DNA from: Paecilomyces variotii | Lineage: Eukaryota | Reading direction: 5' to 3' (one strand) | NCBI GenBank assembly: GCA_004022145.1 | Contig: RCNU01000002.1 | DNA: 64,000 nucleotides | Shown here: positions 1 to 11,032 of the stretch, one piece after another | Layout of the letters: every line of letters begins with the position of its first letter | How positions within the stretch are numbered: the stretch's first letter is position 1 | The notes under the pieces: generated by a model | What the model was told of the DNA's origin: nothing | Database searches by the model: none | Seen by the model: only the letters and a program-made list of their open reading frames with translations | Position numbers and translations under genes: made by a program

Positions 1-1970
1 CCGTGGCCTCATCGGCAGACCAGGGAGCGGGATACTGCAAATGAACGGCCAGCCAACAGCACAGAATAACCGCGAGGCCGGCTGCGATGGGGAATTTCCA
101 GGCTTCAGGAATTTTCAGAATCCGAATCATATCAAGGAAATTGCCGACGTGTGGAATATAGACCCTCTACGAGTTCCGCACTGGGCGGAGCCGACCCATA
201 TAGAGAATATGCTGACGTACATTGACGAAGGGTCAATCGAGATGTTCTGGGTATCAGGAACGAATCCTCTCGTCAGCTTGCCAAATCTTACCATGGCACG
301 AAAATGCCTTACAAAGCCGGATCTGTTTGTAATCTGCCAGGATATTTATCTCACTGAAACTGCTCAGATCGCAGATGTGGTCCTACCTGCAGCGCAATGG
401 GGTGAGAAAACTGGCTGCTTTACGAACGCTGACCGGACAGTACATCTGTCGCACAAGGCTGTCAATCCTCCAGGAGAGGCGAGGGCTGACTTGGATATCT
501 TTCTCGATTTTGGGAGGAGAATGGACTTCAAAGATAAGGATGGCAATGACCTGCTACCTTTCAGTACACCAGAGGAGGTCTTCTGTGCCTGGAAGAAGCT
601 GTCTAAAGGTCGCCCATGCGACTACAGTGGTCTGTCATATGAAAAGCTGACAGGAGGCTCTGGCATCCAGTGGCCCTGCAACGACACCTACCCTTACGGA
701 AAAGAAAGATTATTTGACGACGCCGTCTTCTTCACTGACATTGACTATTGTGAAAGCTTTGGTCACGACCTCGAGACAGGTGCGCCGCTTTCCAAAGAAG
801 ACTACCAATCGATAAATCCAGGCGGTAGAGCGATTCTCAAATCAGCAAATTACTTTCCTGACCCAGAAGAGCCCAATGAGAACTATCCAATTCGATTGTC
901 GACGGGACGCAATGTCTACCATTTTCATACGAGAACCAAAACGGGGAGATCGAAACCGCTGCAGGAAGCTTGTCCCGAACCTACTATCCGTATTTCCAAA
1001 GACGATGCTGTCAAGTTCAATGTTCAAGATGGAGATGAGGTGGTGGTCAGATCGAGGAGGGGAGCGGTTGAGATGAGAGCCTCAGTTGGGGATATCGCTC
1101 CAGGACAAGCTTTCATTCCCTTTCACTTTGGATATTTTGATTCTACAGACGGAAAATCCAGGGCAGCGAATGAGTTGACAATAGGTCAGTTTTCCACACC
1201 AATATGATTGAGTCCTACGAAAGTCTAACATCAACGCTCCAGAACGATGGGACCCAATATCGAAGCAACCAACCTTCAAGTCGGGGGCAGTTCGCATCGA
1301 AAAGATCGAGCCAGGACAGGTTAAGATTCATGCCCGAGAGCAACACTCTGCATCTGTTCGGAAAGTCCAGACGGAAAAACCAACGGTACAATTGGTAAAG
1401 CATAAAGTGGAGAGGACACGCAGGCTTGAGCTGTGGCTCGGGACAATTTTCGAAGCCATCCAGATCCTGAAGGAGATCTGTTCTCAGCTGATACCCACGC
1501 TCATCCATGACATGGAAATCCCTGGCGGGATGAAAGTCATGGAACGCATAGCTGAGTCTATACAGGAACGGCTCGCCCCAGTCATCGATACATACAAGGA
1601 ACAAAAAGTCTTCGGTGAATCCGTATCACGCAGAGTTCGCGACAACCTGTTTCCAGCACTAGATCGCAACAGTGACCACGAGCCGTACGAAGCCCTGACT
1701 GCTCTGCAAGCTTTCTATATGTATCTCTGCCATATCGATGGCCACCTCGTTGCACTGCACCCCGCGAGCCAAGCGATGTGGGACGAGAACTTCTTCGAGG
1801 CAGTCAAATTCTCTCAACAACAAATCACGAGGATGAAGAGTTGGACTACGCAGCAAATGAAGACTAAGTCCCCGCAGAGACTGCTCGTGCCAATGGACCC
1901 TATCGACGAGACTGTCGGAAGCGTCTTTGAAGAAGATGCGCGCAAACTAGCAGACTCTTTGCGTGCGTAG
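1..1970 (+). CDS. Mo-bisPGD (DMSO reductase family) oxidoreductase, NasA/NarB/NapA-like; 5' part lies outside the window; one intron 1185-1242; C-terminal helical extension
   Basis: Frame is open from base 2 (RGLIGRPGSGILQMNGQPTAQNNRE). Motifs: GTNP, QDIYLTETAQIADVVLPAAQWGEKTGCFTNADR, GIQWP, LSTGR..HFHTRTKTGR, FIPFHFG, AANELT. Removing GTCAGT...CTAAC...CAG (1185-1242) gives the family tail WDPISKQPTFKSGAVRIEK in frame with ORF 1392-1970. Confidence 0.88.
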
Positions 1971-2856
1971 GATCATACACTAGATCCCATGCTACTTGAG
2001 TCAAAACTTGATTTTAATACACGAGGTATCAAGCTTGGACTGTGAGTTTTGATGTCCGAGCTCGAAAGAATAACCATATGGCGATGGTCTACGCCAATGA
2101 TATCCACTTTTCCCCTCCCAGGGATAATATCAGGAGAGTTCGGATGACATCCCATAGTTTTAATTACATTAGAATACCATATACCCATAAGCACGAAACC
2201 ACATCCTTGGAATGCACGTCACTAATCCTGGAAATAAAGAACATCTTCATTGGAGCTGTCGTGATCCGTGCGAGTTGCTGGCTCTTCTATCTCCGCGGAG
2301 AGAGCAGAGTTGAAACGCCCAACATCGGACGAAGGCCGCGAACCTGATACTAGAAGTAATAATTCATTTCCATAGAGAATAGGTAGGATTTGACACGAGC
2401 CGAACAGCATTGGCTATCTGGCGGGGTTAAGCTTTTGAATGCCCCAGGCGCTTCCCCACGGAACCAGATATCCGGAACCTGGGATGAGGCATAGCTTACT
2501 CAACGTCATATATTACCTCGGTGGAAATGCTAGCTAGTCATGTATATGCAGTACCACTTAGCCGTTGACGGGAGTCTAAACTTTACTATATCCAAGATTT
2601 ATGTCCGTTACGGATAAGTAGATTGTGTGCGAAACGTACGTCACCATGATTGAAGACGTGCCTCGAAATGAAAGTTGGCGATCGCATTTCGGAATTTGCA
2701 GACGTGATGAGGAAGGGGGGAGGGGGTTCTCCTGTGGGAAAGTCGAGTCCAGCTGTGCTTGGTCGAAGATGAATTTACACTCATGCTAAGATACTATCAG
2801 AAAGAATAGATTGTTTCCTAGGTCTGTCCGTTTGAGCACATTATTCTATTGATACA

Positions 2857-4296
2857 ATGATAGGTAAATCTGAAGGAGCTTCGTTGTCGTATTCCGAGGC
2901 CTTAAAAATCATTGAGGCAGAAGCATCTAAGTTATCATCTTCATCTACCAATATCGAGGAGCTCGTCCCTTTGCCATTGTCGCTCAATCGTATCTCAAGT
3001 CGCAATTATGTTAGTCCCGAGTCAACACCTAAATTCGACACATCGGCAATGGATGGATATGCACTAAACTCGGAGGTTGCAGCAACTGCGTCGCCTGAGG
3101 AGCCAGTGAGATTCTGTGTCATGGGAACGTCGGCGGCCGGTGATTCCCCTGTTGAAGTTCGCGGCGAGCCTGACGGGGATATATATCCGTGTGTGGAGAT
3201 CATGACAGGAGCTAGGTTCCCGACCTGTGTGGATCGAAGAGAATTTGACTGTTGCGTGAAAGTGGAGGATACGAGGATGGAACCTGGAGGGAAGATTATC
3301 CAAGTGCTGAAACCTGCTAGGAAAGGCATGAATCGAAGATTTGCGGGAACCGATTTCCAGCAAGGGGATAACATTATAGATGCTGGAGACTGTGTCAAGA
3401 TCAATCATCTGATGGCACTCGCGTCTATCGGCGTTGAGAAGATTGCAGTACGCAGGAAGCCACGAATAGCCGTGTTTTCAACAGGGAAGGAATTGCTCCA
3501 GAACGATGGTGCTCAGAGTGATGCACAGCGGATAATGGATATCAACGGGCCCTGTATCACCGCTAGTTTGACGGACTGGGGATGCGATGTGGAGTTCCTA
3601 GGCGTCATTGACGACAATGCCTCTGCTGTGTCTGGAAGGATCATGCAACAACTTCAGCTTCGAGAATATGATATCCTCATGACAACCGGAGGAGTATCTG
3701 CTGGCAAATTCGATTTCGTTAGGAAGGCAGTCGAAAGTATCGGTGCTAAGGTGTTGTTCCATGGAGCTGCAATTCGACCAGGACACCCTGTGTTATTTGC
3801 GACTCTACCCTCTGGACGATATGACAGTACAGGAGGCAGAGATTATCCATTGAATAAACAGACAAGCACGGCATTATTTGGATTACCGGGTAATCCTGTA
3901 GCTAGCGCTGCTTGTCTCCGTTTTCTCGTGGTCCCTTTACTTCGGCAGTTACTCTCAGAGCAACCAGAGAGACCCATGAAAGCGACTATCAGGGATGGAA
4001 ACTTACCATGGAAAGGAGAAAAGACGTGTAATATAGGAGTCGCAAGTGATATCATTACGCGACTCCCTCCTAACACAGACGTATTTCGCGCAGGACGCTT
4101 CACACTTCAGCAGAGTGATAAGTTTGAAGTTGAGATCATCCACGACCACAGCCCCGGGAAAATAAAGCCTTTTCTTGGTGCGGATTGCTGGATCCATATA
4201 CCAAGAGGACATACTGAGTTGAAAGATGGTGATGCCTTGGATGTATATCCCATCTGCAAGCAGGAACATGGCCTCGCTGCTTTACTCAGGAGTTGA
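2857..4296 (+). CDS. moeA: Molybdopterin molybdotransferase, stand-alone MoeA / gephyrin E-domain type, intronless
   Basis: 479-aa ORF with SAMDGYA, IMTGA, STGKEL, TTGGVSAGKFDFV, IRPGHP and FGLPGNPVAS motifs; no MogA/G-domain. Confidence 0.92.
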   Translation: MIGKSEGASLSYSEALKIIEAEASKLSSSSTNIEELVPLPLSLNRISSRNYVSPESTPKFDTSAMDGYALNSEVAATASPEEPVRFCVMGTSAAGDSPVEVRGEPDGDIYPCVEIMTGARFPTCVDRREFDCCVKVEDTRMEPGGKIIQVLKPARKGMNRRFAGTDFQQGDNIIDAGDCVKINHLMALASIGVEKIAVRRKPRIAVFSTGKELLQNDGAQSDAQRIMDINGPCITASLTDWGCDVEFLGVIDDNASAVSGRIMQQLQLREYDILMTTGGVSAGKFDFVRKAVESIGAKVLFHGAAIRPGHPVLFATLPSGRYDSTGGRDYPLNKQTSTALFGLPGNPVASAACLRFLVVPLLRQLLSEQPERPMKATIRDGNLPWKGEKTCNIGVASDIITRLPPNTDVFRAGRFTLQQSDKFEVEIIHDHSPGKIKPFLGADCWIHIPRGHTELKDGDALDVYPICKQEHGLAALLRS

Positions 4297-4983
4297 CATT
4301 GTCAAGCGGGCATAAGTTTCGAAGCTCTTCCATTCCTCCTTATTGTTGGCATTAAATAGCCATACCTCATGGTCGGGTCGAAGCATCTTCCCTTTCAACT
4401 CTTTCACAACGAAACTTGGCCCGCATTTTCCTTGGAGCACGTTCTGCTGCAATCTCTGAAGCGCACCAGGGCTCCAGACAGCCAACAGCGGCTCACAATA
4501 ACCAGCCGAATTCCGGAAACAAGTCACTGGCTCTTCGAACTCGTGCAGTAATTGCTGCAGAGGAGAAATAGTGAGTAATGGATAGTCGCAGGCCACTATT
4601 AGCCAGGAGCTCTCGAGGTCATGGTGATGAGCAGCCAGCAGCCCTGCAGCTGGGCCAATATCGACTAATTTATGAGTCACAGCTCCATCTTGGGAACCAG
4701 AATCTTCGTCATATAGCACCCTAACGGTGTATTGGGTCTTTCCAGGAAGCAATAATGTATCGCTAGAAATTAATTCGGCATATGGATCCTCCCGAAGTAA
4801 TTGCTCTAGGGCCGCCTTGTCCTTCAATGACATGTAGAGAACATCTTGTTCAGATGAAGCTTCACCGAGAAGGCTGAGAAGACGCCTATACAAAAGTTCT
4901 CCGTCCGGAAGACGCAGTAGATGCTTTGGAAACCCCATTCGTGATGAGTTCCCCCCAGCCAGGAGAAGGGGCCTCGCTCTCAT
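4282..4983 (-). CDS. mobA: Molybdenum cofactor guanylyltransferase MobA-like, intronless
   Basis: LLLAGGNSSRMGFPK nucleotidyltransferase signature, GPAAGL, ACDYPLL, EPLLAVWS, FNAN. ATG at 4983 chosen because it sits just before the motif (ORF extends to 5046). Confidence 0.88.
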   Translation of the reverse strand: MRARPLLLAGGNSSRMGFPKHLLRLPDGELLYRRLLSLLGEASSEQDVLYMSLKDKAALEQLLREDPYAELISSDTLLLPGKTQYTVRVLYDEDSGSQDGAVTHKLVDIGPAAGLLAAHHHDLESSWLIVACDYPLLTISPLQQLLHEFEEPVTCFRNSAGYCEPLLAVWSPGALQRLQQNVLQGKCGPSFVVKELKGKMLRPDHEVWLFNANNKEEWKSFETYARLTMSTPE

Positions 4984-5143
4984 TTTCGGGTCTGGAATGT
5001 TGTAATTAAGCAGTAGGATAGGATGTCCGGTGATGCAGGATAGCATATAGTGGCATGGATGGTATGTAGTGAAGTTTAGAAGACGAAAATAAACCTAGGG
5101 ATATTCCTTATGAAAGAGAGAATCAAGTCCATGCCAGAAGTTC

Positions 5144-5157
5144 AAATGACGTCATTT
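5144..5157. promoter_or_regulatory. ATF/CREB (CRE) palindrome AAATGACGTCATTT upstream of mobA
   Basis: Perfect 14-bp palindrome containing TGACGTCA, about 160 bp upstream of the mobA ATG. Confidence 0.45.
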
Positions 5158-5370
5158 AGTAGATAGAACTAGCCATGTAGCTGGAGAGGGCTCACGGTCG
5201 ATATGGAGTGCAAGATGTCGATACCTTTTGACTACTTAATGCATTATGCGACGAACGATGGTAATATTTCATAAACACAGCATGAACCAATTCTATATCC
5301 ACATAAAGAAGCCTCCAGAAACACCAAGGATATCATTTTTCCTTTACAAGAGTAACTTTTGGTTGCCTTC

Positions 5371-7545
5371 CTACGCCTTTGCCGCGGCCTTCTCGATCTT
5401 CCTTCTCTTGCTACGCAGCTTCTGAGCCTCCGCGTCCTTCTTCTTGTTGGAGTAGAGCATCTTATCCAGAAGCTTGCGCTTCTTCCGGCTCATCATCATC
5501 TTCTGTCTCTCCAGCTCCTCCTCTTCCTTGCGCTTCTTGGCTGCATGCTTCTTTGACTGGGCAGATTGCTTCTTGCCCTTATCCGCACCGCTGCCTGCGG
5601 TGTAAGGAAGACCAGCAGCCTCGGCCTCAAGTTCCTTCTGGTGCTGGGTACGAGCGGCCTCTTCCTCATCTTCCGACTCAGACGCGGCCTCCTCCTCGAA
5701 TCCGTCGAATTCTTCATCTTCCTCATCACTCTCACTGTCACTCTCATCTTCGTCCGAATTTGCGAGTTCGATATCCATGCCGCCATCGACGGACTCATCG
5801 TCCTCGTCATCTTCTTCAGACTCCTCCACGGCTTTGGAAGATTGTTTCTTCTTCTCCTTGGGGGCATCCTCCATTTCCTCGTCGCTCTTGTCTTCCTCCT
5901 CATCCTCTTCCTCGGCAGACATCTCGGCTTCGTCTTCTTCCTCCTGCTCAGCAAGGCTGGCACGAGGATCGTAGGCACCCTTGCTCGGCTTCACCCAGGG
6001 GCTTAGGTGGGGTGGAAGAGTAGCACCAGGTGCGTAGAGATCAGGACGAAGCAGTTTTTCTTCGTTGATACAGTCCCAAACCCACTGGGGCTGGATGTAC
6101 GTCCTTCCTGGGACACGCATTCCAGGTCTGATCTTCTGAACAGCTCCATCCTTCTTATCGTCAGGGATAGAAGGGAGAGATGACTCAGGAAGAGGCGGCC
6201 GGTCGACGATCTGGTGAGTGATCCTCGGGTCGGACTCGTCCGTCGTGAAGGCACCGTCACCTAGGACTGGATCCCATCCGATACGCTTGCAGCCGAACGC
6301 ACGCAGGATGAACTCAAGTGGGCCTCGAGGAGCCTCTCTAGAGATGAAAAAAGTGAAAGGCGCGAAAAGGGAACCAGCTTCGTTGCCACTTAGCCCTGGT
6401 TGAGGAAGCGTGTCGGCTTCCGGTGCTGCGGGCTCGAACTTATCGATCGCGTCTTCGTTCGCTTCCTCCGCCTCGACCACCTGCTCCTCGGGTTCCTCGT
6501 CCAGCGCAGCAGTCTTGATCATACTGTCCACCTTCTCCTGGATCTCACGCGAGACTTCCTTGTCTGCATGGCCATTGGCCTGGGAGCCTTTGGCTTCAAT
6601 CGCCTTGAGAGCACTGACCTGCTTGCCCTCCAGGGAGAATGCCGCCAGCTCTGCACCATTTTCATCACTGCGAGTGTCGAACTTCGGCGGATACACAAGA
6701 CCAATTGATGAGTAGAGTCTGAAGTTGACAAAGCCGAGTAGAGTGGTGTAGAACTGAACGAAGGTGGCCATTATCCGGTAGTCGACATCTCCGCTGACTT
6801 TCTGGACAAAGCGGTAGGGGACAAGCCACATGATATCCTGGCCCTGGATAGTCGCTTGGTAGTAGATACCCTTGATGGACAGGAACGACTTTCGAAGCGA
6901 ATTGGTGGTGATAAGGTAGTGCTGGAACTCATGGCACAAGCGCTGACACAGTGCGATCGTCTTTGGGGGCACATTGGCGTCAGACGGAAGGTTCGCGAAA
7001 AGGAACAGAAGCGAAAGAGCATCATCGAGATCTCTTAGCGCATCGATGAAGGTCGGGTATCGCTCCTTGATGATGTGGTCGAGAGTGAGCTTGGGGGCGT
7101 TGTTCTTTTCCAAACGAGCGGCATCGCCAACTTCTCCTCGACCCAGGGACCGTGCGATCTTCTTGGAGAGCGCCTTCTGATCGCGAAACTTTCTGAGCAG
7201 TGGCTCATGAAGAAGATACTGGATATCTTTCGTGTAGTAGAAAGTAGTATTCGGAGTCGCGGTCTTGGACGCCTTCTTCTTGTTACGAGGCTCACGGGGA
7301 TAGATACCTGAAGATCTCGATATGTGAGCATTCTATTTATCCGCAGGTATGGCGAGGAAAAATTTGCATACCCTTGAAGATGCATAGCCTTCGGAAATCA
7401 GGCAGGGAAATCTGAAGCTTGCGCACTGCCTGCGTTCTGGTGATGTAGTTTTTCGCCTGACCAGACGTGCCTGTGAAAAATTAGCAATTACCCTCATGGA
7501 GCGCATGATGGCCTGGAACGCACCCTTCTTCTTGATCTTCGCCAT
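5371..7545 (-). CDS. nop7: Pescadillo / Nop7 ribosome biogenesis protein (introns ~7523-7471 and ~7371-7308)
   Basis: Spliced N-terminus [66 protein letters not shown] region ([26 protein letters not shown]); acidic tract and basic C-terminus. Confidence 0.96.
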
Positions 7546-7774
7546 CTTTTCGTAGTTGTGGTTACCAGGAGTCGATGGTTGCGGCGACCGATAACGAAAA
7601 AAAGTTATCTGAGACTTTTCTGGTGCGGGAGCCGGAGAAAAGCTGGCGGTGGTCCGTGCAGGGCGGAGTCTGGGCGTTCACATCTCAGGACAGCTGGAGA
7701 GAAACATGAGCTCCTCGAGCGCCGCGCCCACGTCTATTGCTCTCGACTACGGGCATGGGACTCTCTGAGCGGCG

Positions 7775-9254
7775 ATGGTGACAATGTTTGTCGACAGGAG
7801 GAAGGCTGCGGTGTTCGCCGCCGCAGTCGCCCTCCGAGTCCTGTTGTTTTGTGGTTTCCCCTCGCTCCCCGATCTGTTGACGGGCAGAGTGGAGGTCTCG
7901 ACGCCAGTCAGCAGCTTCAAACGATGTGAGTTGGATAATAAGTGGTCCTGTTCATGTTACTGACTGTTGTTGAAGTGCAGGAAGGTCTGTTTCTTTATAC
8001 GCGGAACGTCTCTCCGTACGATGGAGGTGTTTACCACCAGGTAAAACTCCCGGACCCATGTCCTTGAGCTGGAGATTGACAGTGACAAGGCGCCGCTTCT
8101 GCTTCCTATCTTCGCGTTGCTTCCCAGTTCGAGCGTATACCCATTGGTCACAGGGATCTTCTACTCCTTCGTTGATCTCTTAATCGCGAACGCCCTGATC
8201 ACCATCTCCGATTCAGGGGAGTCGGTGGAAAGCCGGCTCTACTCTACTCCTCGAAAGAACATCAAATGGGACGGAGTGATTATCGCAGCAGCGTATGTAT
8301 GAGTGATTGGTGGTTTCCCTGGCAGGAGAACTAAGGACGAACTAGTTATTTATTCAATCCCTTCACAATTGCGACATGTCTCGGCCGGTCTACCACCGTC
8401 TTCACCAACACGGCTATACTGTATGCCATCTCCAGCGCTGTCTCTGGGAATGGTTTCAACTCGATGTTATCGTTAGCCGTCGCATCTTACCTATCGCTCT
8501 ATCCAGCCCTGCTCTTCCTTCCTCTCGTTCTTCTATGCTACGATCGTCAGGCGCGACGGCAGCAAGCTCCTCCAAATAGCGTGCTTTTTGGACTGAAACA
8601 TTTTGCGATACTGGCTGGTAGCATTGCCCTTCTTTTGGTCGCTTCGTACGTCATCAGTGGGAACTCGTGGGAATTTATTCCTGCGACATATGGAGTCCAG
8701 TTGCTCGTGCCTGATCTAACCCCTAATGTGGGTCTGTGGTGGTACTTTTTCATCGAGATCTTTGACTCCTTCCGAGAATTCTTCCTAGGTGTATTCTGGC
8801 TACACCTTACTGGTTACGTTGGAGGGTTGACAGTGCGCATACGGCGACAGCCACTGTTCGTAATTACTTCTCTCTTGGGCATTTTCGCCATTTTCAAGCC
8901 GTATCCGAGCATCGCAGACGTCTCTCCGTATCTAGCGTTGCTGGCTCTGTACCGACATCTATTCCCTCGTACGTATACCAAATCCTTGCTACCTGCCTCT
9001 TCTAACCGCCAATAGTGATGCGATACACGTTCTTCGCTGTTTCCGCTCTCCTCTATGCGACTCTTCTAGGACCGGTATTCCACCACCTGTGGATCTACGC
9101 GGGTTCTGGAAATGCAAATTTCTTCTACGCCATCACCTTGGTATGGAGTCTGGGGCTCTCAATCCTAGTCGCAGATTCCATCTTTGCTGCCCTGCGTGAT
9201 GAATGGGAACATGAAAACCCACACATGAAGGGCAAGCCTGTGAGACAAATTTGA
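7775..9254 (+). CDS. GAB1: GPI transamidase subunit PIG-U / Gab1 (about 4 introns)
   Basis: RVEVSTPVSSFKR, EG.FLY..NVSPYDGGVYHQ, YLFNPFTI, DLTPNVGLWWYFFIEIFDSF, FKPYPSIAD, WIYAGSGNANFFYAITL. Head-to-head with nop7, ~230 bp apart. Confidence 0.93.
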
Positions 9255-9311
9255 GCTCTCATTTATCTCCAAAGGTTCATGTATTACTACACACGTCATT
9301 ATTCATGCGGA

Positions 9312-10111
9312 CTATTTTGCGTCCGACTTCGTCTCTTGTTCAGCCACCTTTAGCGATTTAGACAAAATCACATAATCAGGCTCCTTGATGGTCCCATTCC
9401 GCAGCTTTCTCGGCTGCGGCGAATACTCGTCCACCTCGTAGCCCAACCTCTCATAAAATTTCCTCGCCACAGCATTGGCCTTGAAAACCGTCAGCATCGC
9501 CTTCTCAAGCCCAACCCTCCGTCCGATCTCCTCGTACAGATCCATCATGCGTTTTCCTATCCCCTTCCCCTGCATCGCAGGCGCTAGATGGATCTCGTAA
9601 CAATAAACCACCTCCTTCCCATCTTCATACGTAACCATGAAAGAAAGAAACCCGAGCGCTATATCTCTTCCTTCATGCAATGCACCACCATTCCCTTTCA
9701 CAGACTCTTCAACTTCACTCTTCATCTCCCGCTCTTGTTTCTCCTGCTTCTTCAACACCATATACCGCATATCAGGCAACTTCATCTCCTTCCTCTTCTT
9801 CGACGGAGACCATCCAATGCTAGAATTTTCATAGTCATTAGATGAAGTCAATTCAACGAGATTGAAACAGGCTTCGAAATCAGCCGAGGGAATCGATGCA
9901 GCGCTATGGATATCTAGCGTGTATGTTTCAGAAGTCGTGCTAGGTTCCTTTTCGGTAATAGTCGTGGCGGCACTATCTTTGATAGAGCTTTGGGGGGCTG
10001 GGAGTGTGAATTTGAGATATGAACGAGGTACATATGTCTCGATGAAATCTGCGATCGGGAGTGTGTTGGTCCGTTCTACTCTCGGTAGAGGTTTGGGTGT
10101 TCGTGATGAGT
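9312..10111 (-). CDS. NAT4: GNAT N-alpha-acetyltransferase Nat4/NAA40-like (first exon not resolved)
   Basis: YENSSIGW..KKRKEM, FLSFMVT.E...VVYCYEIHL, QGKGIG acetyl-CoA loop, KAMLTVFKAN..ARKFYERLGY..DEYSP. Frame stays open upstream to a CTAAC...CAG acceptor at ~10112. Confidence 0.8.
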
Positions 10112-11032
10112 CTGTGGCGCGTTAGAAAAGTACTGTTCTGGGTGTTGTGTTGGGACTTCTGGGAGGGGATTCCAGTAATTATTGTGTTTATGATGATACT
10201 TTATAGTGTTATTGTGGATACATTCATAAGTAAATATAAGGCACAGTATCAATTTGTATGGAGAACATAACGCGACTTGACGCGCAGCATGTAGCAGGGA
10301 GGAGCATTCTCAGTCAATACAGGAAATCACCCTTAACAAACCACATCGAGTATTCGGAGAGATGAGCAAAAAGGGTATATACTGCACATCACGCAAATCC
10401 AATCGCATCAATGCTGGAAACATTCCTCTACTTACCATCGCCATTTTCCCTACCGCGTTTTCGCTTGCCAAGGCGCCCGGAGGTAGAAGTTGTCGATTGT
10501 ACTGGCGACTTCGATTCAGGTTCAGAGACCTTATCCTCATGCACTGATGAGACCATTTTCCAATGGTAGATCTCGTGATCGATGATTGGAGTTTCTGATT
10601 ATGCTGTATGGTTGCAGTAGTTAAGTAGGTACTTTGATGAGTCGTCGGAAACTGTCGGCTTTGCCTGGATAGGTCAGCACTGGTGTGGCTCGGGCGCGTT
10701 GTCGCGGCGCGCATCAAGGAATAAATACTATGCATCACCGTCATCATATCAGCAAGATCCTCAACTGATGGATATGGAATTCCAGTTGAAATCATGTAAG
10801 TGTGACATTTTAGTAAATTATGTCTAGTACGATGTCTTTCAGATTAGACCATATTTACAGTGACAACTGTTGAATCTCGCATACTGCTATCGTATAAATA
10901 TAGTTCGGGAGGTCATACAGTACTTAACTAAACGTATTTACCGGATAATCATTTCTATCCTACTCATAGAACTGACATATACATTATTGTATTCGTCTAG
11001 AATGTAACACTTAACTATGGCAAAGCAGACAT

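Noticed and set aside
1392-1970. Separate 192-aa gene
   Set aside because: It starts at TTG and is in frame with the oxidoreductase once the 1185-1242 intron is removed.
5359-6731. Several overlapping plus-strand and alternative-frame ORFs (Ser/Leu/Arg-rich)
   Set aside because: Shadow ORFs of the low-complexity acidic/basic region of nop7.
10310-10795. 161-aa minus-strand ORF upstream of NAT4
   Set aside because: No recognisable motif. It may contain the true first NAT4 exon (ATG..GTAAGT near 10440), but I could not make the splice phase fit.
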